Shown: positions 9,631-18,733, numbered from the stretch's first letter. The stretch is DNA of 64,000 nucleotides from Nitrospirota bacterium (GCA_021789495.1 JAJYJM010000001.1:89004-153003), one strand, 5' to 3'. Translations and numbers: made by a program. The notes: generated by a model from the letters alone, not told the origin.

Positions 9631-10398
9631 TTAGTCCTCGATTATCGCCACGGCGCGCGCCCATGCCGCGCCCGCGTCTTTTATCTTTACGGGGAAACAC
9701 GCGAACTTGAAACCATGCGTCGGCAGCGCGCCGAGGTTTGCGAGTCGCTCGATATGGCAGTATTCTTTTTTGCGCCCCAGGAGATGCACCGGCCAGAGTT
9801 TTGAACCGTCCGCCGTCCGTTGATAGTCCGCGACCATATTCATGAACGGCCTGTCCAGGCCAGGCGCGTCGGTTCCGATAGTCCGTATCCTCAGGCCGAA
9901 AAGATATTCCACCGCTTCGACGCTTAGACCTGCAAATTGCAGAAAATATTCCTTGCCGCCGAAATACCTGTCTGCGCCTGTCCTGATAAGCGCAATGTCG
10001 CCCGGCTGCGGCTGATAATCTATTTTCCCCAGCCCCCGGCGGACGTCTTCCGGCGTTATTTCACCGCCCGGCGGAAGGGCAGTCGCGTCTATTACAAAAC
10101 CGTTTCCGTAACACCACTCTAACGGGACGTCGGCTATCTTCTTGGCGGGCAGTCCTTCGGACTGCGGGCCGAAATGCCAGGGCGCGTCCATGTGAGTGCC
10201 GCAATGCACCGAGGCCTCTACCGTTTCATGCGAAAGGAACATCCCGCCGGGAAACGTATCCGGGCCAATTTTTCTCTCGCCGGGAAATTTTTCTCCTACC
10301 CTTCCCGCGCCTTCCGCATGGCCTATGCGTGCTATCCGCACAGCAAAAGGCTCCGGCGCACAGTCGTCTATGGGAATACTCAGGTCTATTATTCTCAA
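9631..10398 (-). CDS. putative cyclase family protein (PF04199; kynurenine formamidase-like fold)
   Basis: HCGTHMDAPWHF motif and 255 aa length match the 'putative cyclase' family first described in polyketide clusters. Confidence 0.75.
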   Translation of the reverse strand: MRIIDLSIPIDDCAPEPFAVRIARIGHAEGAGRVGEKFPGERKIGPDTFPGGMFLSHETVEASVHCGTHMDAPWHFGPQSEGLPAKKIADVPLEWCYGNGFVIDATALPPGGEITPEDVRRGLGKIDYQPQPGDIALIRTGADRYFGGKEYFLQFAGLSVEAVEYLFGLRIRTIGTDAPGLDRPFMNMVADYQRTADGSKLWPVHLLGRKKEYCHIERLANLGALPTHGFKFACFPVKIKDAGAAWARAVAIIED

Positions 10399-10631
10399 GG
10401 CCTTGCCGCCTCGTTTGAGAAATATTCTATTATCCCGCGAACCGTGCTCCCCCCGTTTATCGCTCCGTCAGGAATCTTAACCGAGAATTCCTTTTCCAGC
10501 GCAACCAGCAGTTCGACCATCTCCGTCGAGTCAACTCCAAGGCCCGTTTTTAAAGTGGCTTCCGGACGCAGCTCGCTTTTGTCTATGCCAATCTCCCCGA
10601 AGACCTTCTCTATTCTCTCTTCTACCGGCAT
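10395..10631 (-). CDS. acyl carrier protein
   Basis: 78 aa. GVDSTEMVELLVALEKEF carries the phosphopantetheine-Ser motif (DSx). 4-nt overlap with the upstream gene. Confidence 0.8.
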   Translation of the reverse strand: MPVEERIEKVFGEIGIDKSELRPEATLKTGLGVDSTEMVELLVALEKEFSVKIPDGAINGGSTVRGIIEYFSNEAARP

Positions 10632-10646
10632 CGCTGTACCCCTTGC

Positions 10647-11852
10647 TCAAGGTCTGCCTATTAAAAGACAGGCGTTCACACCGCCACGCCCGATGGAATT
10701 TATAACAATATTCTCTTTGATTATTTTTTTTCTGCCGCTATTATCGAAGAAATCAAACTCAGGCTCGTTTACATTCAGACACGGCGTCTCCCCGTGATTC
10801 AGCGCCATGCACGCGAAAGCCGCATCGAGCGCGCCCGATGCGCCAAGCGAATTTCCTATCTGAGGCTTAGGAGAATAAAACGGCATCTCTCCAACCATGT
10901 CTCCAAATATTCTTGAGATCGCCCTGCCCTCGGATAAATCGGCATATTTCCCCGCGTTGGCCGACGGTATCGCCATGCCAATCTCGGACGCGGTAATATT
11001 CGCCTCACGCATGGCAATGGTCATGGCGCGTGCCATGCCGTCGCCCGACACATCGGGGATTATCGGGTGCATCCCGTCGCTCGTATGTCCGAATCCTTTT
11101 ATCTCGGCATATATCCCGGCGCCTCTCGCAACCGCCCTGTCCATCTCCTCGACAACGAGCGTCGCCGCGCCTTCTCCGATTATGTAGCCGTCGCGGTCTT
11201 TACAAAACGGCCTGTAGCGCCCTGTCCGGCTCAGTTCGCCTGATGTGTTGCAGCATAAGAGCGCGTAGGGCGATACCGGCGCCTCGGCGCCTCCAGCGAG
11301 CATCACATCCGCCCTGCCCATCTTTACTGCTCGCGCGGCATATGCGATGGCCATGTGCGAACTGGCGATGTCTGAGATTATGGTCTTGGAGAAGCCTTTC
11401 AGCCCATAGAAAATGGATACCTGTCCCTGCGGCGCGGCGGGGAACCATGCGGTCGCCTGGTAGGGGCTTACCTCCCTCAGGCCGCGCGTCCAGAGGTCTC
11501 TAAGCTCCTCCTCGGCAAACGACCAGCCGCCAAGGGCGTTGCCGAAGGCAATGCCGATATTTTCCTTGTTCTCGGCGTCAAGGTCTATCCCACTGTCTTT
11601 GAATGCGGCGTCGGAAGCAGACAGCGCCATATGGGAAAACCTGTCGAGCTTCTTGATGAGCCTCTTTGTAAAAATCTCTTCGCTCCCCGGGTCTAAAACC
11701 AGGCCCGCATGACGCGAAGGATAGCGCGAGGCGTCGAAACGGTCTATTTCGCCGATAAAGCTTTCTCCGGATGACAGCCTTCCGAAAAATTCATCCGGGG
11801 TATTTCCAGCGGGACTTACTACCCCGATGCCCGTTATGACCGCTCGTCTCAT
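10647..11852 (-). CDS. beta-ketoacyl synthase-like protein lacking the active-site Cys (KS-beta / chain-length-factor-like partner)
   Basis: Thiolase fold, aligns along its length with the upstream KS. The GLKGFSKTIISDIASSH region has Ile/Asp at the position of the catalytic Cys. Start at the internal ATG 11852, which gives an ATGA overlap with the KS-alpha stop. The ORF track gives 11963. Confidence 0.7.
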   Translation of the reverse strand: MRRAVITGIGVVSPAGNTPDEFFGRLSSGESFIGEIDRFDASRYPSRHAGLVLDPGSEEIFTKRLIKKLDRFSHMALSASDAAFKDSGIDLDAENKENIGIAFGNALGGWSFAEEELRDLWTRGLREVSPYQATAWFPAAPQGQVSIFYGLKGFSKTIISDIASSHMAIAYAARAVKMGRADVMLAGGAEAPVSPYALLCCNTSGELSRTGRYRPFCKDRDGYIIGEGAATLVVEEMDRAVARGAGIYAEIKGFGHTSDGMHPIIPDVSGDGMARAMTIAMREANITASEIGMAIPSANAGKYADLSEGRAISRIFGDMVGEMPFYSPKPQIGNSLGASGALDAAFACMALNHGETPCLNVNEPEFDFFDNSGRKKIIKENIVINSIGRGGVNACLLIGRP

Positions 11853-13123
11853 GCCCGCCTCAGTATCATGGATGAATGAATGCCGGAGAAGCCGCTGCTC
11901 GTTTTTATCAGCACGTTCACCTTTTTGTCTCTGGCCTCGTTCGGAACATAGTCGAGGTCGCATTCCGGGTCTTGCTCCCTGTAATTTGCGGTCGGGGGGA
12001 TTACGCCGCGCTCAATGACCATCGCCGACAGCGCGAGTTCAATGGAATTCGCCGCCGAAAGCGGATGTCCTATCATGGATTTTATGGAGCTTACCGGCAC
12101 GCGGTATGCCATGTCTCCGAGGGCGGATTTTATCGCGTTCGTCTCGAAAACGTCGTTCTGCTCCGTGGAGCTTCCGTGCGAGTTTATGTAGTCTATGCCG
12201 GAGGCGTCAACCCGCGCCTCGTCCATTGCGAGCCTTATTGAACGGGCCAGCGCGTCGCCGTCTTTCGGCAGGTCTGTCATATGGTATGCGTTGGATGTCG
12301 AGCCGAAGCCCGCTATCTCCGCATATATCCTCGCGCCGCGCCGGACGGCATGATCGTATTCTTCGATGACGAGGATCCCCGCGCCTTCCGAGATGACAAA
12401 ACCGTTCCTTGTCCGGTCAAAGGGGCGCGAGGCCGCCTCCGGCTCGCCGTTATGCTTCGAGAGCGCCTTTATGACGTCGAACGCCGCAAGGGCGATAGGC
12501 GTAATCGGGGCCTCGGACGCCCCGGTTATCATAACGTCGCATAGGCCAAGCTGGATGTTTTCGTATGCGTAGGCAACGGAATCGGTCCCCGCCGTGCAGC
12601 CGGTCGAAATGACGCACGACCCGCCTTTCAGCCCGTAGCGCGCGGCAATGAAATTGGCGGGAGAATTGAATATCGACGCATCGTAGAGAAACGGCGAAGC
12701 AAGCGCCGGGTCGATGGGCTCGTGTCCGTTCTGCGTAACTCTCAGGAACTCCTCTTCCATCCACTTCGTGCCGCATATGGCGTTTGCAAGCGCCACGCCG
12801 CACCGCTCGCGGTTCACCTTATCAAACTCCAGCCCGGCATCATCCACCGCTAGCTTCGCCCCGGCCAGGGCGAATTGCAGATACCTGTCCATTCCCGACG
12901 CATCTTCATGCGAGATGCCGAAGAGCGCGGGATTAAAACCCTTCACCTCCGCCGCTACCTTCGACAGAAACCCGGAGGTATCGAACGCCGTGATTAACCC
13001 CGTCTGGGTGCGCGCGTTTATCATGGAGTCCCAGAAGGCGTCCTTGCCGATGCCTCCCGGAGCGATGACGCCCAGGCCCGTTATGACAACCCGCCGGACG
13101 GTCGACCGTCTTCGGAGATTCAA
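11849..13123 (-). CDS. beta-ketoacyl-ACP synthase (KS-alpha type, FabF/type II PKS KS family)
   Basis: VISTGCTAGTDSVAYA active-site Cys motif, HGSST His motif, GLGVIAPGG N-terminus. The start is uncertain: the 13171 ATG overlaps the upstream gene by 52 nt, and a TTG at 13123 overlapping the TGA stop (TTGA) is a plausible alternative. Confidence 0.85.
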   Translation of the reverse strand: MNLRRRSTVRRVVITGLGVIAPGGIGKDAFWDSMINARTQTGLITAFDTSGFLSKVAAEVKGFNPALFGISHEDASGMDRYLQFALAGAKLAVDDAGLEFDKVNRERCGVALANAICGTKWMEEEFLRVTQNGHEPIDPALASPFLYDASIFNSPANFIAARYGLKGGSCVISTGCTAGTDSVAYAYENIQLGLCDVMITGASEAPITPIALAAFDVIKALSKHNGEPEAASRPFDRTRNGFVISEGAGILVIEEYDHAVRRGARIYAEIAGFGSTSNAYHMTDLPKDGDALARSIRLAMDEARVDASGIDYINSHGSSTEQNDVFETNAIKSALGDMAYRVPVSSIKSMIGHPLSAANSIELALSAMVIERGVIPPTANYREQDPECDLDYVPNEARDKKVNVLIKTSSGFSGIHSSMILRRA

Positions 13124-13389
13124 GCCTCCACCCGCCTGACCTTGAACCGCACGTACCCTCCGTCCGGGCATGTCACGGTATTGATGGAGTTCGGGTCTTC
13201 CATGAACGGATATTTCGCGCCGAAGTTCAGCGCGAATAGCACCGGGAAGAGCGTGTGGTATGCCGCCCCGCAGAAACCCTCGGGCGTCCTGAGCCCCAGC
13301 ACCTCCACCTCCTGCCCCTGCTCGTATTTATAAAAACACGGCCCGGAGACCTCTTCGACGGAAATAATCATCTTCTTCGGATTTGCCAT
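13120..13389 (-). CDS. TIGR04076-like small Cys-containing protein (paralog 2)
   Basis: 89 aa. Motifs GPC..., PEGFCGAAYH, FPxM, TCPDGG, FKVRRVE match my recollection of the TIGR04076 family. Paralogous to the adjacent gene. Confidence 0.5.
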   Translation of the reverse strand: MANPKKMIISVEEVSGPCFYKYEQGQEVEVLGLRTPEGFCGAAYHTLFPVLFALNFGAKYPFMEDPNSINTVTCPDGGYVRFKVRRVEA

Positions 13390-13655
13390 TATAACTTCCT
13401 CACTTTAAATGTAAGATTCCCGCCGTCCGGGCACGTCGTCCGGACGCAGCCTTCAGCGTCCTTGAACGGAAATTCCGCGCCGAACGTCCAAGCGTAAAGG
13501 ATAGGGAACAGCGAATGATACGCGCCGTAGCAGAAGCCGTCCGGCGGCGTCACGAAGTCTTTTACCTCGAAAGTGTCGCCCTTTTTCAATCCCTTGAAGC
13601 ATTCCTTGCCGACTTTATCCACCGTCAGGATAAAACCCGGGAATTCCATCATCAT
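13389..13655 (-). CDS. TIGR04076-like small Cys-containing protein (paralog 1)
   Basis: 88 aa. KECF, DGFCYGAYHSLFP, TCPDGGNLTFKVRKL. Tandem paralog of 13120-13389. Confidence 0.5.
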   Translation of the reverse strand: MMMEFPGFILTVDKVGKECFKGLKKGDTFEVKDFVTPPDGFCYGAYHSLFPILYAWTFGAEFPFKDAEGCVRTTCPDGGNLTFKVRKL

Positions 13656-14650
13656 AGTCCGAACCTCCTCAGCATTTCATCGACCGACAGATACCTGTTC
13701 GTTTTTTCGATCTCCTTCACAAGCTCGACGGCCTTGCCGTTCAGCCTCGCCTCGCGCCCCGTCCTGTCTGCCTCCCTGACTACCTCGCCGTTTAAATAAT
13801 CCACCTCGGAATCCCTCCCGCGCATGACGCTCTGGAGGACGGAGCCGGGTAGCGGCAGGTGCGAAAGACCGCGCATTATGTTCCCGTAAATCTTAGGGCC
13901 TATTTCCTTCGGCGCGCACAGAAGCGATTTAAGTTTTTCGAGCGGAAGGTCCGGGAGGTCTGCCATCTCGCTGCCTGCGGCCTCGAAAACATCCCATGCC
14001 TCACGCATAAGCGAGAGGCCCAGGGAGCAGACCTCGTCTTCCGAAAACGTCTCCTGGAGGTCTTTGCCGAGGATGCAGGCGACGGCGTTATTTAAGTTCA
14101 GTATCAGCTTCGCCCTATGCACGGCCTGTATGTTTTCCGTCACATGCACCTCGAAGGCGGCGGACAGTATCTTCCCGACCTTCTCCACGATACCCCCGCC
14201 ATCCCGCCCGAATGCCTTGCCGATGACAAGCCCGCCGGGGAAATTATACGTAACGCGCCCAGGCTCTTTATACGTGGCTCCGAACATGACGACGGAAGAC
14301 ACTATCCGCTTGCTGCCGAGGATTCTTCCGGCTATCTCGTCGGCCATAAGACCGTTCTGCATCGTCAGCACCGGGAAATCTCCCATCCCCGCCATCTGCC
14401 TGCAAGCCGCTTCCATGTCCTGCGTCTTTACGGCAATCAGCGTCAGGTCTGGAATGAATTCCAGGGTTCTCGCGGCGTAGATTACATAATTTCTCCCGCC
14501 GGCTATGCCGTCGATTGAAAGGCCGTTATGATTGATTGCTCTGACCTGGCGCGGGTCCCGGCTCACGAGCGTAACCGCGTGCCCCTTTTCATGGAGCATC
14601 GCGCCCGCGACGCATCCTATTGCCCCTGCGCCGATTACAGCGATTTTCAT
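13652..14650 (-). CDS. ketopantoate reductase (ApbA/PanE) family 2-dehydropantoate 2-reductase-like oxidoreductase
   Basis: MKIAVIGAGAIGCVAGAML Rossmann start. C-terminal SVLQSVMRGRDSEVDYLNGEVV matches the KPR family signature. Confidence 0.75.
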   Translation of the reverse strand: MKIAVIGAGAIGCVAGAMLHEKGHAVTLVSRDPRQVRAINHNGLSIDGIAGGRNYVIYAARTLEFIPDLTLIAVKTQDMEAACRQMAGMGDFPVLTMQNGLMADEIAGRILGSKRIVSSVVMFGATYKEPGRVTYNFPGGLVIGKAFGRDGGGIVEKVGKILSAAFEVHVTENIQAVHRAKLILNLNNAVACILGKDLQETFSEDEVCSLGLSLMREAWDVFEAAGSEMADLPDLPLEKLKSLLCAPKEIGPKIYGNIMRGLSHLPLPGSVLQSVMRGRDSEVDYLNGEVVREADRTGREARLNGKAVELVKEIEKTNRYLSVDEMLRRFGL

Positions 14651-16590
14651 GAATCGATATCCGCTTCGCTTAAGATAACGCCGGTTTCGTTTACGTTCTC
14701 ATCCCATAAAATACTGTTTATTATCTCCTTCGGCCTTCCCGTGTTGATGTCCCAGCTGTGGCAGGCGTAGTATTCGTCGAGCATCCCGTCGTAGAGCGCC
14801 CTGTCAAGCTTCATTTTTCTTGACTCTTCGTCCAGCCCGTCCTGCAATGCAAGCGGCTCGAAATATCTCGCGGGCGGATAGTCGTCTTTGCGTCCCACGC
14901 CTTCGCGGCAGATGAACCTGCGCTCCACGTCAGTAATCGCGTTGCCCGCCTCGAACACCTCTTCCGGGGTCATATCAATGCCGCTTGCCGTTTTTATGAG
15001 GTCGCTGAAGACCCTGAAGCCGAATACGCCCGGTTCGGGCAGCGTGTGGAACGCAAGGAGCTTGCAAAGGCCGAGGGCGTCGAAAAGCGCGAGGTAGCAC
15101 TCCCACCACCAGACCACGCGCCCCTTGCCGCCATATTTCAGCGGGTCCGGCTCCACGGGGCCGCCGTAGATTCCCTCCAGGAAATTCCTGTCGAACTCGA
15201 AGGCCTCCCACGGGCACCGGCTGCGCAGGTGATCCGCGCCCCTGGTTGAAGTGGAGACGCCAAGGGCGAACGCCTTGATGAAGCGAAGGTCTACCGGGTC
15301 GGACTGCGGGAGGTTCTTTACCCATATCAGGCGGCTTTTCGATGCTTCTCCGAGCTTTGCCGAGGCTTCTTTCGCGCCGTCGGCAAGGAAATCTCCAAAA
15401 CCCCTTCGGAACGCAATATCCTCCAGAAGCCCGGCGACCGTCTCCGGAGCGTTCCAGTCGAGACCGACTCCGCCAGTCTCGGCGTCCCCTATGATGCCTT
15501 CCTTGTATAACTCTATCGCCCAGGCGATGATGTTTCCGGCGGAGCTTGCGTCTATTCCGAGGCGGTTAAGCCTGTCGTTCAGCATCAACACGGCCTCGGC
15601 GGAATTTATGCCGAGAACCGGCCCCATGTGTCCCATAACGCCGTATTCCGGGCCTTCGCCGGAAAGCCCGGCGTGCTTTCCTTTATCTATCCTGTATGAA
15701 TGCCTGCATGAGACTACGCAGTTCCTGCACCCGCGCCTGCCGGAATAGTAACCGGTTTCAAGCGTCTGCGGGGAGAGGTCTCCCGGCTCTTTCATTTTCG
15801 TGGACAGGCCGTTATACGCCCGCCCCATCTCGATATTCGTGTTTATTACATTATAGAGATGCCCGGTCCCGTAACGCGCAAGGTCCTGCGTAAGGAACTC
15901 CGCCTTCAATTTCCTGTTTATTTCGCGCGTCAGAGACGCGAAGTTTTCGGCGTCGCGCGGATGCGTTTTCCCGCTATCGACCGCCACGACCGCCTTGAGG
16001 TTCTTGCTCCCCATAAGGCAGCCCATGCCCGTGCGGCCCGCGGCGTTCTTCCTGCCGTGCATGATGCAGGCGAAGCGCACGAGGTTCTCTCCCGCGGGGC
16101 CTATGCATGCAGTCTGAACCCCCTCGCCGCACTGCTCCTCTATAGCCCTCTGCGTATCGAAGGAGTCCATGCCCCAGACGCGCGAGGCGTCCTTTATCTC
16201 GGCAATCGCGCCGCCGCCGTTTTTCCTGATGAGCAGGTAAACAGGTTTTTTTGATTTCCCCGTAATGAATAGGTGCCTGACGCCCGTGGAAACGAGGGCG
16301 CATCCAAAATCGCCTCCGATATTCGCGTCTCCGAAAAGGCCGCTCTCCGGGCTTTTGCCGGTAACGGTCAACCTCGCCGATGACGGCCCCGGCATCCCGG
16401 TTAATAGCCCGGCCCCGAATATCAACGGGTTTTCCGGACTCAGGGGGTCAAGCCCGGCCCCGGTGTTTTCAAGCAGAAGCGCGCTGTTTATTCCCCGCCC
16501 GCCGATATACCCGCGAATCAAGGCTTCCGGCATATCTCTGGTTTCACAGGAGCCGGAGGATAAATTTATGTATAAAATCTTATGGTTCAT
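14647..16590 (-). CDS. aldehyde:ferredoxin oxidoreductase (AOR) family, tungsten/molybdopterin enzyme
   Basis: 647 aa. N-terminal MNHKILYINLSSGSCETRDMPEALIRGYIGGRG is typical of the AOR family, and the Cys ligands for the 4Fe-4S cluster are present. Confidence 0.85.
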   Translation of the reverse strand: MNHKILYINLSSGSCETRDMPEALIRGYIGGRGINSALLLENTGAGLDPLSPENPLIFGAGLLTGMPGPSSARLTVTGKSPESGLFGDANIGGDFGCALVSTGVRHLFITGKSKKPVYLLIRKNGGGAIAEIKDASRVWGMDSFDTQRAIEEQCGEGVQTACIGPAGENLVRFACIMHGRKNAAGRTGMGCLMGSKNLKAVVAVDSGKTHPRDAENFASLTREINRKLKAEFLTQDLARYGTGHLYNVINTNIEMGRAYNGLSTKMKEPGDLSPQTLETGYYSGRRGCRNCVVSCRHSYRIDKGKHAGLSGEGPEYGVMGHMGPVLGINSAEAVLMLNDRLNRLGIDASSAGNIIAWAIELYKEGIIGDAETGGVGLDWNAPETVAGLLEDIAFRRGFGDFLADGAKEASAKLGEASKSRLIWVKNLPQSDPVDLRFIKAFALGVSTSTRGADHLRSRCPWEAFEFDRNFLEGIYGGPVEPDPLKYGGKGRVVWWWECYLALFDALGLCKLLAFHTLPEPGVFGFRVFSDLIKTASGIDMTPEEVFEAGNAITDVERRFICREGVGRKDDYPPARYFEPLALQDGLDEESRKMKLDRALYDGMLDEYYACHSWDINTGRPKEIINSILWDENVNETGVILSEADIDS

Positions 16591-16598
16591 TCCAGAGT

Positions 16599-16841
16599 TT
16601 ATTCCGGCATATTAAACCCGGAGTTCCTTGCGGTATCGCGCATACTCTTTTGGAACGGCGCCGGGGTTTCGGAGATAAACGCGGCGACAATATCCTGTTC
16701 TTCCACCAGCGCGGCTCCGCGCGCGGAAGCGTTTTCCTCCGCCTTCTTCCCGGCCAGCTTCTCCGCCATTTTCCTCTGAAAAAACGGTATCGTGGAAATC
16801 ATCTTATCGAACTTAGCCTTTCCTCCATGCTCCCAATCCAT
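16599..16841 (-). CDS. small protein with PCP_red-like (protochlorophyllide reductase 57 kDa subunit C-terminal-like) domain
   Basis: 80 aa. DIVAAFISETPAPFQKSMRDTA resembles the C-terminus of the 17327-18733 product (DDICAAWLRATPAPFRKLIEEKI). Confidence 0.4.
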   Translation of the reverse strand: MDWEHGGKAKFDKMISTIPFFQRKMAEKLAGKKAEENASARGAALVEEQDIVAAFISETPAPFQKSMRDTARNSGFNMPE

Positions 16842-16856
16842 AAAAATATCTCCTTT

Positions 16857-17330
16857 TTATTTCATGCCTCCTGCCTGCCCTCGCGCGGGAATTTCTGCGC
16901 CCTCAAGGGCGGATTTCATCGCGTTCAGTATCCGGACTATGTTCTCGTCGTGCATCCTGCGGTATGCAAGTTTCCATAAAATCCGGTTTATGCCGCCCAT
17001 GACTTCGTAGTCCATCAGGAAATGGACTTCGTTTGCCTTTTCGCTTTGTTTTATATACACTTGGTCCGTGCCCCGGAACATGCCGGTGATGAATCTCCTC
17101 GATATTTCATATCCGGGGGTTATCGATATTACTTCGACGTCCCATTCCGGCGCGAACGGCCTGTAAACCTTCTGGTGAAAGCACGTGCCGACCTTTACCT
17201 CCCCGGAATCCGCCCGGCTGTATTTCATGGGAGATTCGCCCGGCCACCAGGCGCTCTCGCCCCAGAGGACGATTTCTCTATATATCGCGTCTACGGGCGC
17301 GTTTATCGTTATAAAATGATGGCTTATCAA
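16857..17330 (-). CDS. SRPBCC family protein (polyketide cyclase/dehydrase-like)
   Basis: FITINAPVDAIYREIVLW START-fold N-terminus. Start reset to TTG at 17330, overlapping the upstream TGA. The ORF-track ATG at 17405 would overlap the upstream gene by 79 nt. Confidence 0.6.
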   Translation of the reverse strand: MISHHFITINAPVDAIYREIVLWGESAWWPGESPMKYSRADSGEVKVGTCFHQKVYRPFAPEWDVEVISITPGYEISRRFITGMFRGTDQVYIKQSEKANEVHFLMDYEVMGGINRILWKLAYRRMHDENIVRILNAMKSALEGAEIPARGQAGGMK

Positions 17331-18733
17331 CTCCTCATCTCCATTATTTTTTCCTCTATCAGCTTCCTGAAAGGCGCGGGAGTAGCCCTCAGCCATGCGG
17401 CGCATATGTCATCTACGCCCACCTTCCCGCCATTTGAGGCGCGAACCTCGGACGCGATCTTTTTCTCGGCGGCCTGACGAAATACTGCGGGCACAAAGTC
17501 AAGGAGCTTCTTATGCGCCTTGCCGGCATCCGCGTCCCATTCATCGGCGGAACCCGTTGAATCTTCACGGTAAATATCGCCGGAGACCAGGGATTCCAGC
17601 AGGGCCTCATATTTTCCCGCCGCCACGCCGACCATCCCTTCGTCCACCTTCAGCGCTTTTCTGGCAATCAGGCCGCAGTAGCCGCACTCCCGGCAGTCGC
17701 TCGTGGCGCAGTCTTTCGTCTTGAAAAAGCTGAGGAAATTAGATGGAATCCTGGAGTTGTCCAGCACGAGGCCTTCCGTGACCGGATAGTCCGTAATATC
17801 GGCGAATTCCATTAATTTTGCGGTATTTATATACTCATCCCTAAGGAGATATTTCACGTTTGCCGGCAGAAAGGCCTTCTTGCGCGGTAGATTTAGAAGC
17901 TCGACCAGATTTCCATCGTATCGTCTTTCGGAATAAGCCTTAAGGTAGGACAGCAGCGTCTCCGTGGTCTTGTAGCGGTCGATAATCTTGAGGCAGTCGA
18001 TCCCGGCCATCTCGTAATCCTCGACATCTTCCGGGCGTATCCACCTGATTTTTATAAGTTCTTCCGGATGCCGGACCTTTTCGCTCGTGCAGGAAAAATA
18101 GCAGTGGTCTACTAGAAATCCCTCAGAGGAATGCCCGCCCTGGGATCCATGCGTCATTACATTGGCGTGATAGAAAGAGCGCGGGCACCCGTATAGGCAG
18201 CCGGGGTTTGCAATCAGAATAAGTTTACACTTTACTGCCTTACGGATGGCCTCCAACGTCTTGAAATCCCTGTTTATTTCCTCTGAGAGCACAATGGCGT
18301 CGGCGCCTATGGATTCCCAGTACTGGGCCTTCCGCACGCTCTCGACCCGCGCCCAGCTCGATACGGCAATCTTAAGTTCCGGGAAATGCCTCCTGATTAT
18401 CTCAAGGAGATAGGGAATTGTTACCGTCACCCAGTCCGCCCCGGTGGACTCTACCCAGCCTATGTGTTGGATTATCTTGGCGAATTCGTCTTTTCTGTAT
18501 TCCCTGTTGTCGAGACAGGAGGCGTTCAGCAGGAAATTGAAGGAATATCCGGCCTTCCTTGCGGATTCGATATATTTTCCGGCGTCCGATTCGGTTATTT
18601 CCGGGGCTACGAAGGACGCCCTGCCCCCTGCGATAAGGCTTCCAGGGATGCCGCCGAAAAGCTCCACGTCCGGAAATTTCTCCAGTCCTTTCAGGAGATT
18701 AACGTCCCAGTTGCAGGCCAGTTCGAATTTCAT
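17327..18733 (-). CDS. U32 peptidase-family-like TIM-barrel protein with C-terminal PCP_red-like domain
   Basis: The N-terminus ELACNWDVNLLKGLEKFPDVELFGG has the pattern of U32 proteins (ELLxPAGN..LKAAI..GADAVY.G). It has a Cys cluster GCLYGC...CYFSC...CRECGYC and the C-terminal PAPF motif. Family assignment is tentative. Confidence 0.4.
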   Translation of the reverse strand: MKFELACNWDVNLLKGLEKFPDVELFGGIPGSLIAGGRASFVAPEITESDAGKYIESARKAGYSFNFLLNASCLDNREYRKDEFAKIIQHIGWVESTGADWVTVTIPYLLEIIRRHFPELKIAVSSWARVESVRKAQYWESIGADAIVLSEEINRDFKTLEAIRKAVKCKLILIANPGCLYGCPRSFYHANVMTHGSQGGHSSEGFLVDHCYFSCTSEKVRHPEELIKIRWIRPEDVEDYEMAGIDCLKIIDRYKTTETLLSYLKAYSERRYDGNLVELLNLPRKKAFLPANVKYLLRDEYINTAKLMEFADITDYPVTEGLVLDNSRIPSNFLSFFKTKDCATSDCRECGYCGLIARKALKVDEGMVGVAAGKYEALLESLVSGDIYREDSTGSADEWDADAGKAHKKLLDFVPAVFRQAAEKKIASEVRASNGGKVGVDDICAAWLRATPAPFRKLIEEKIMEMRS

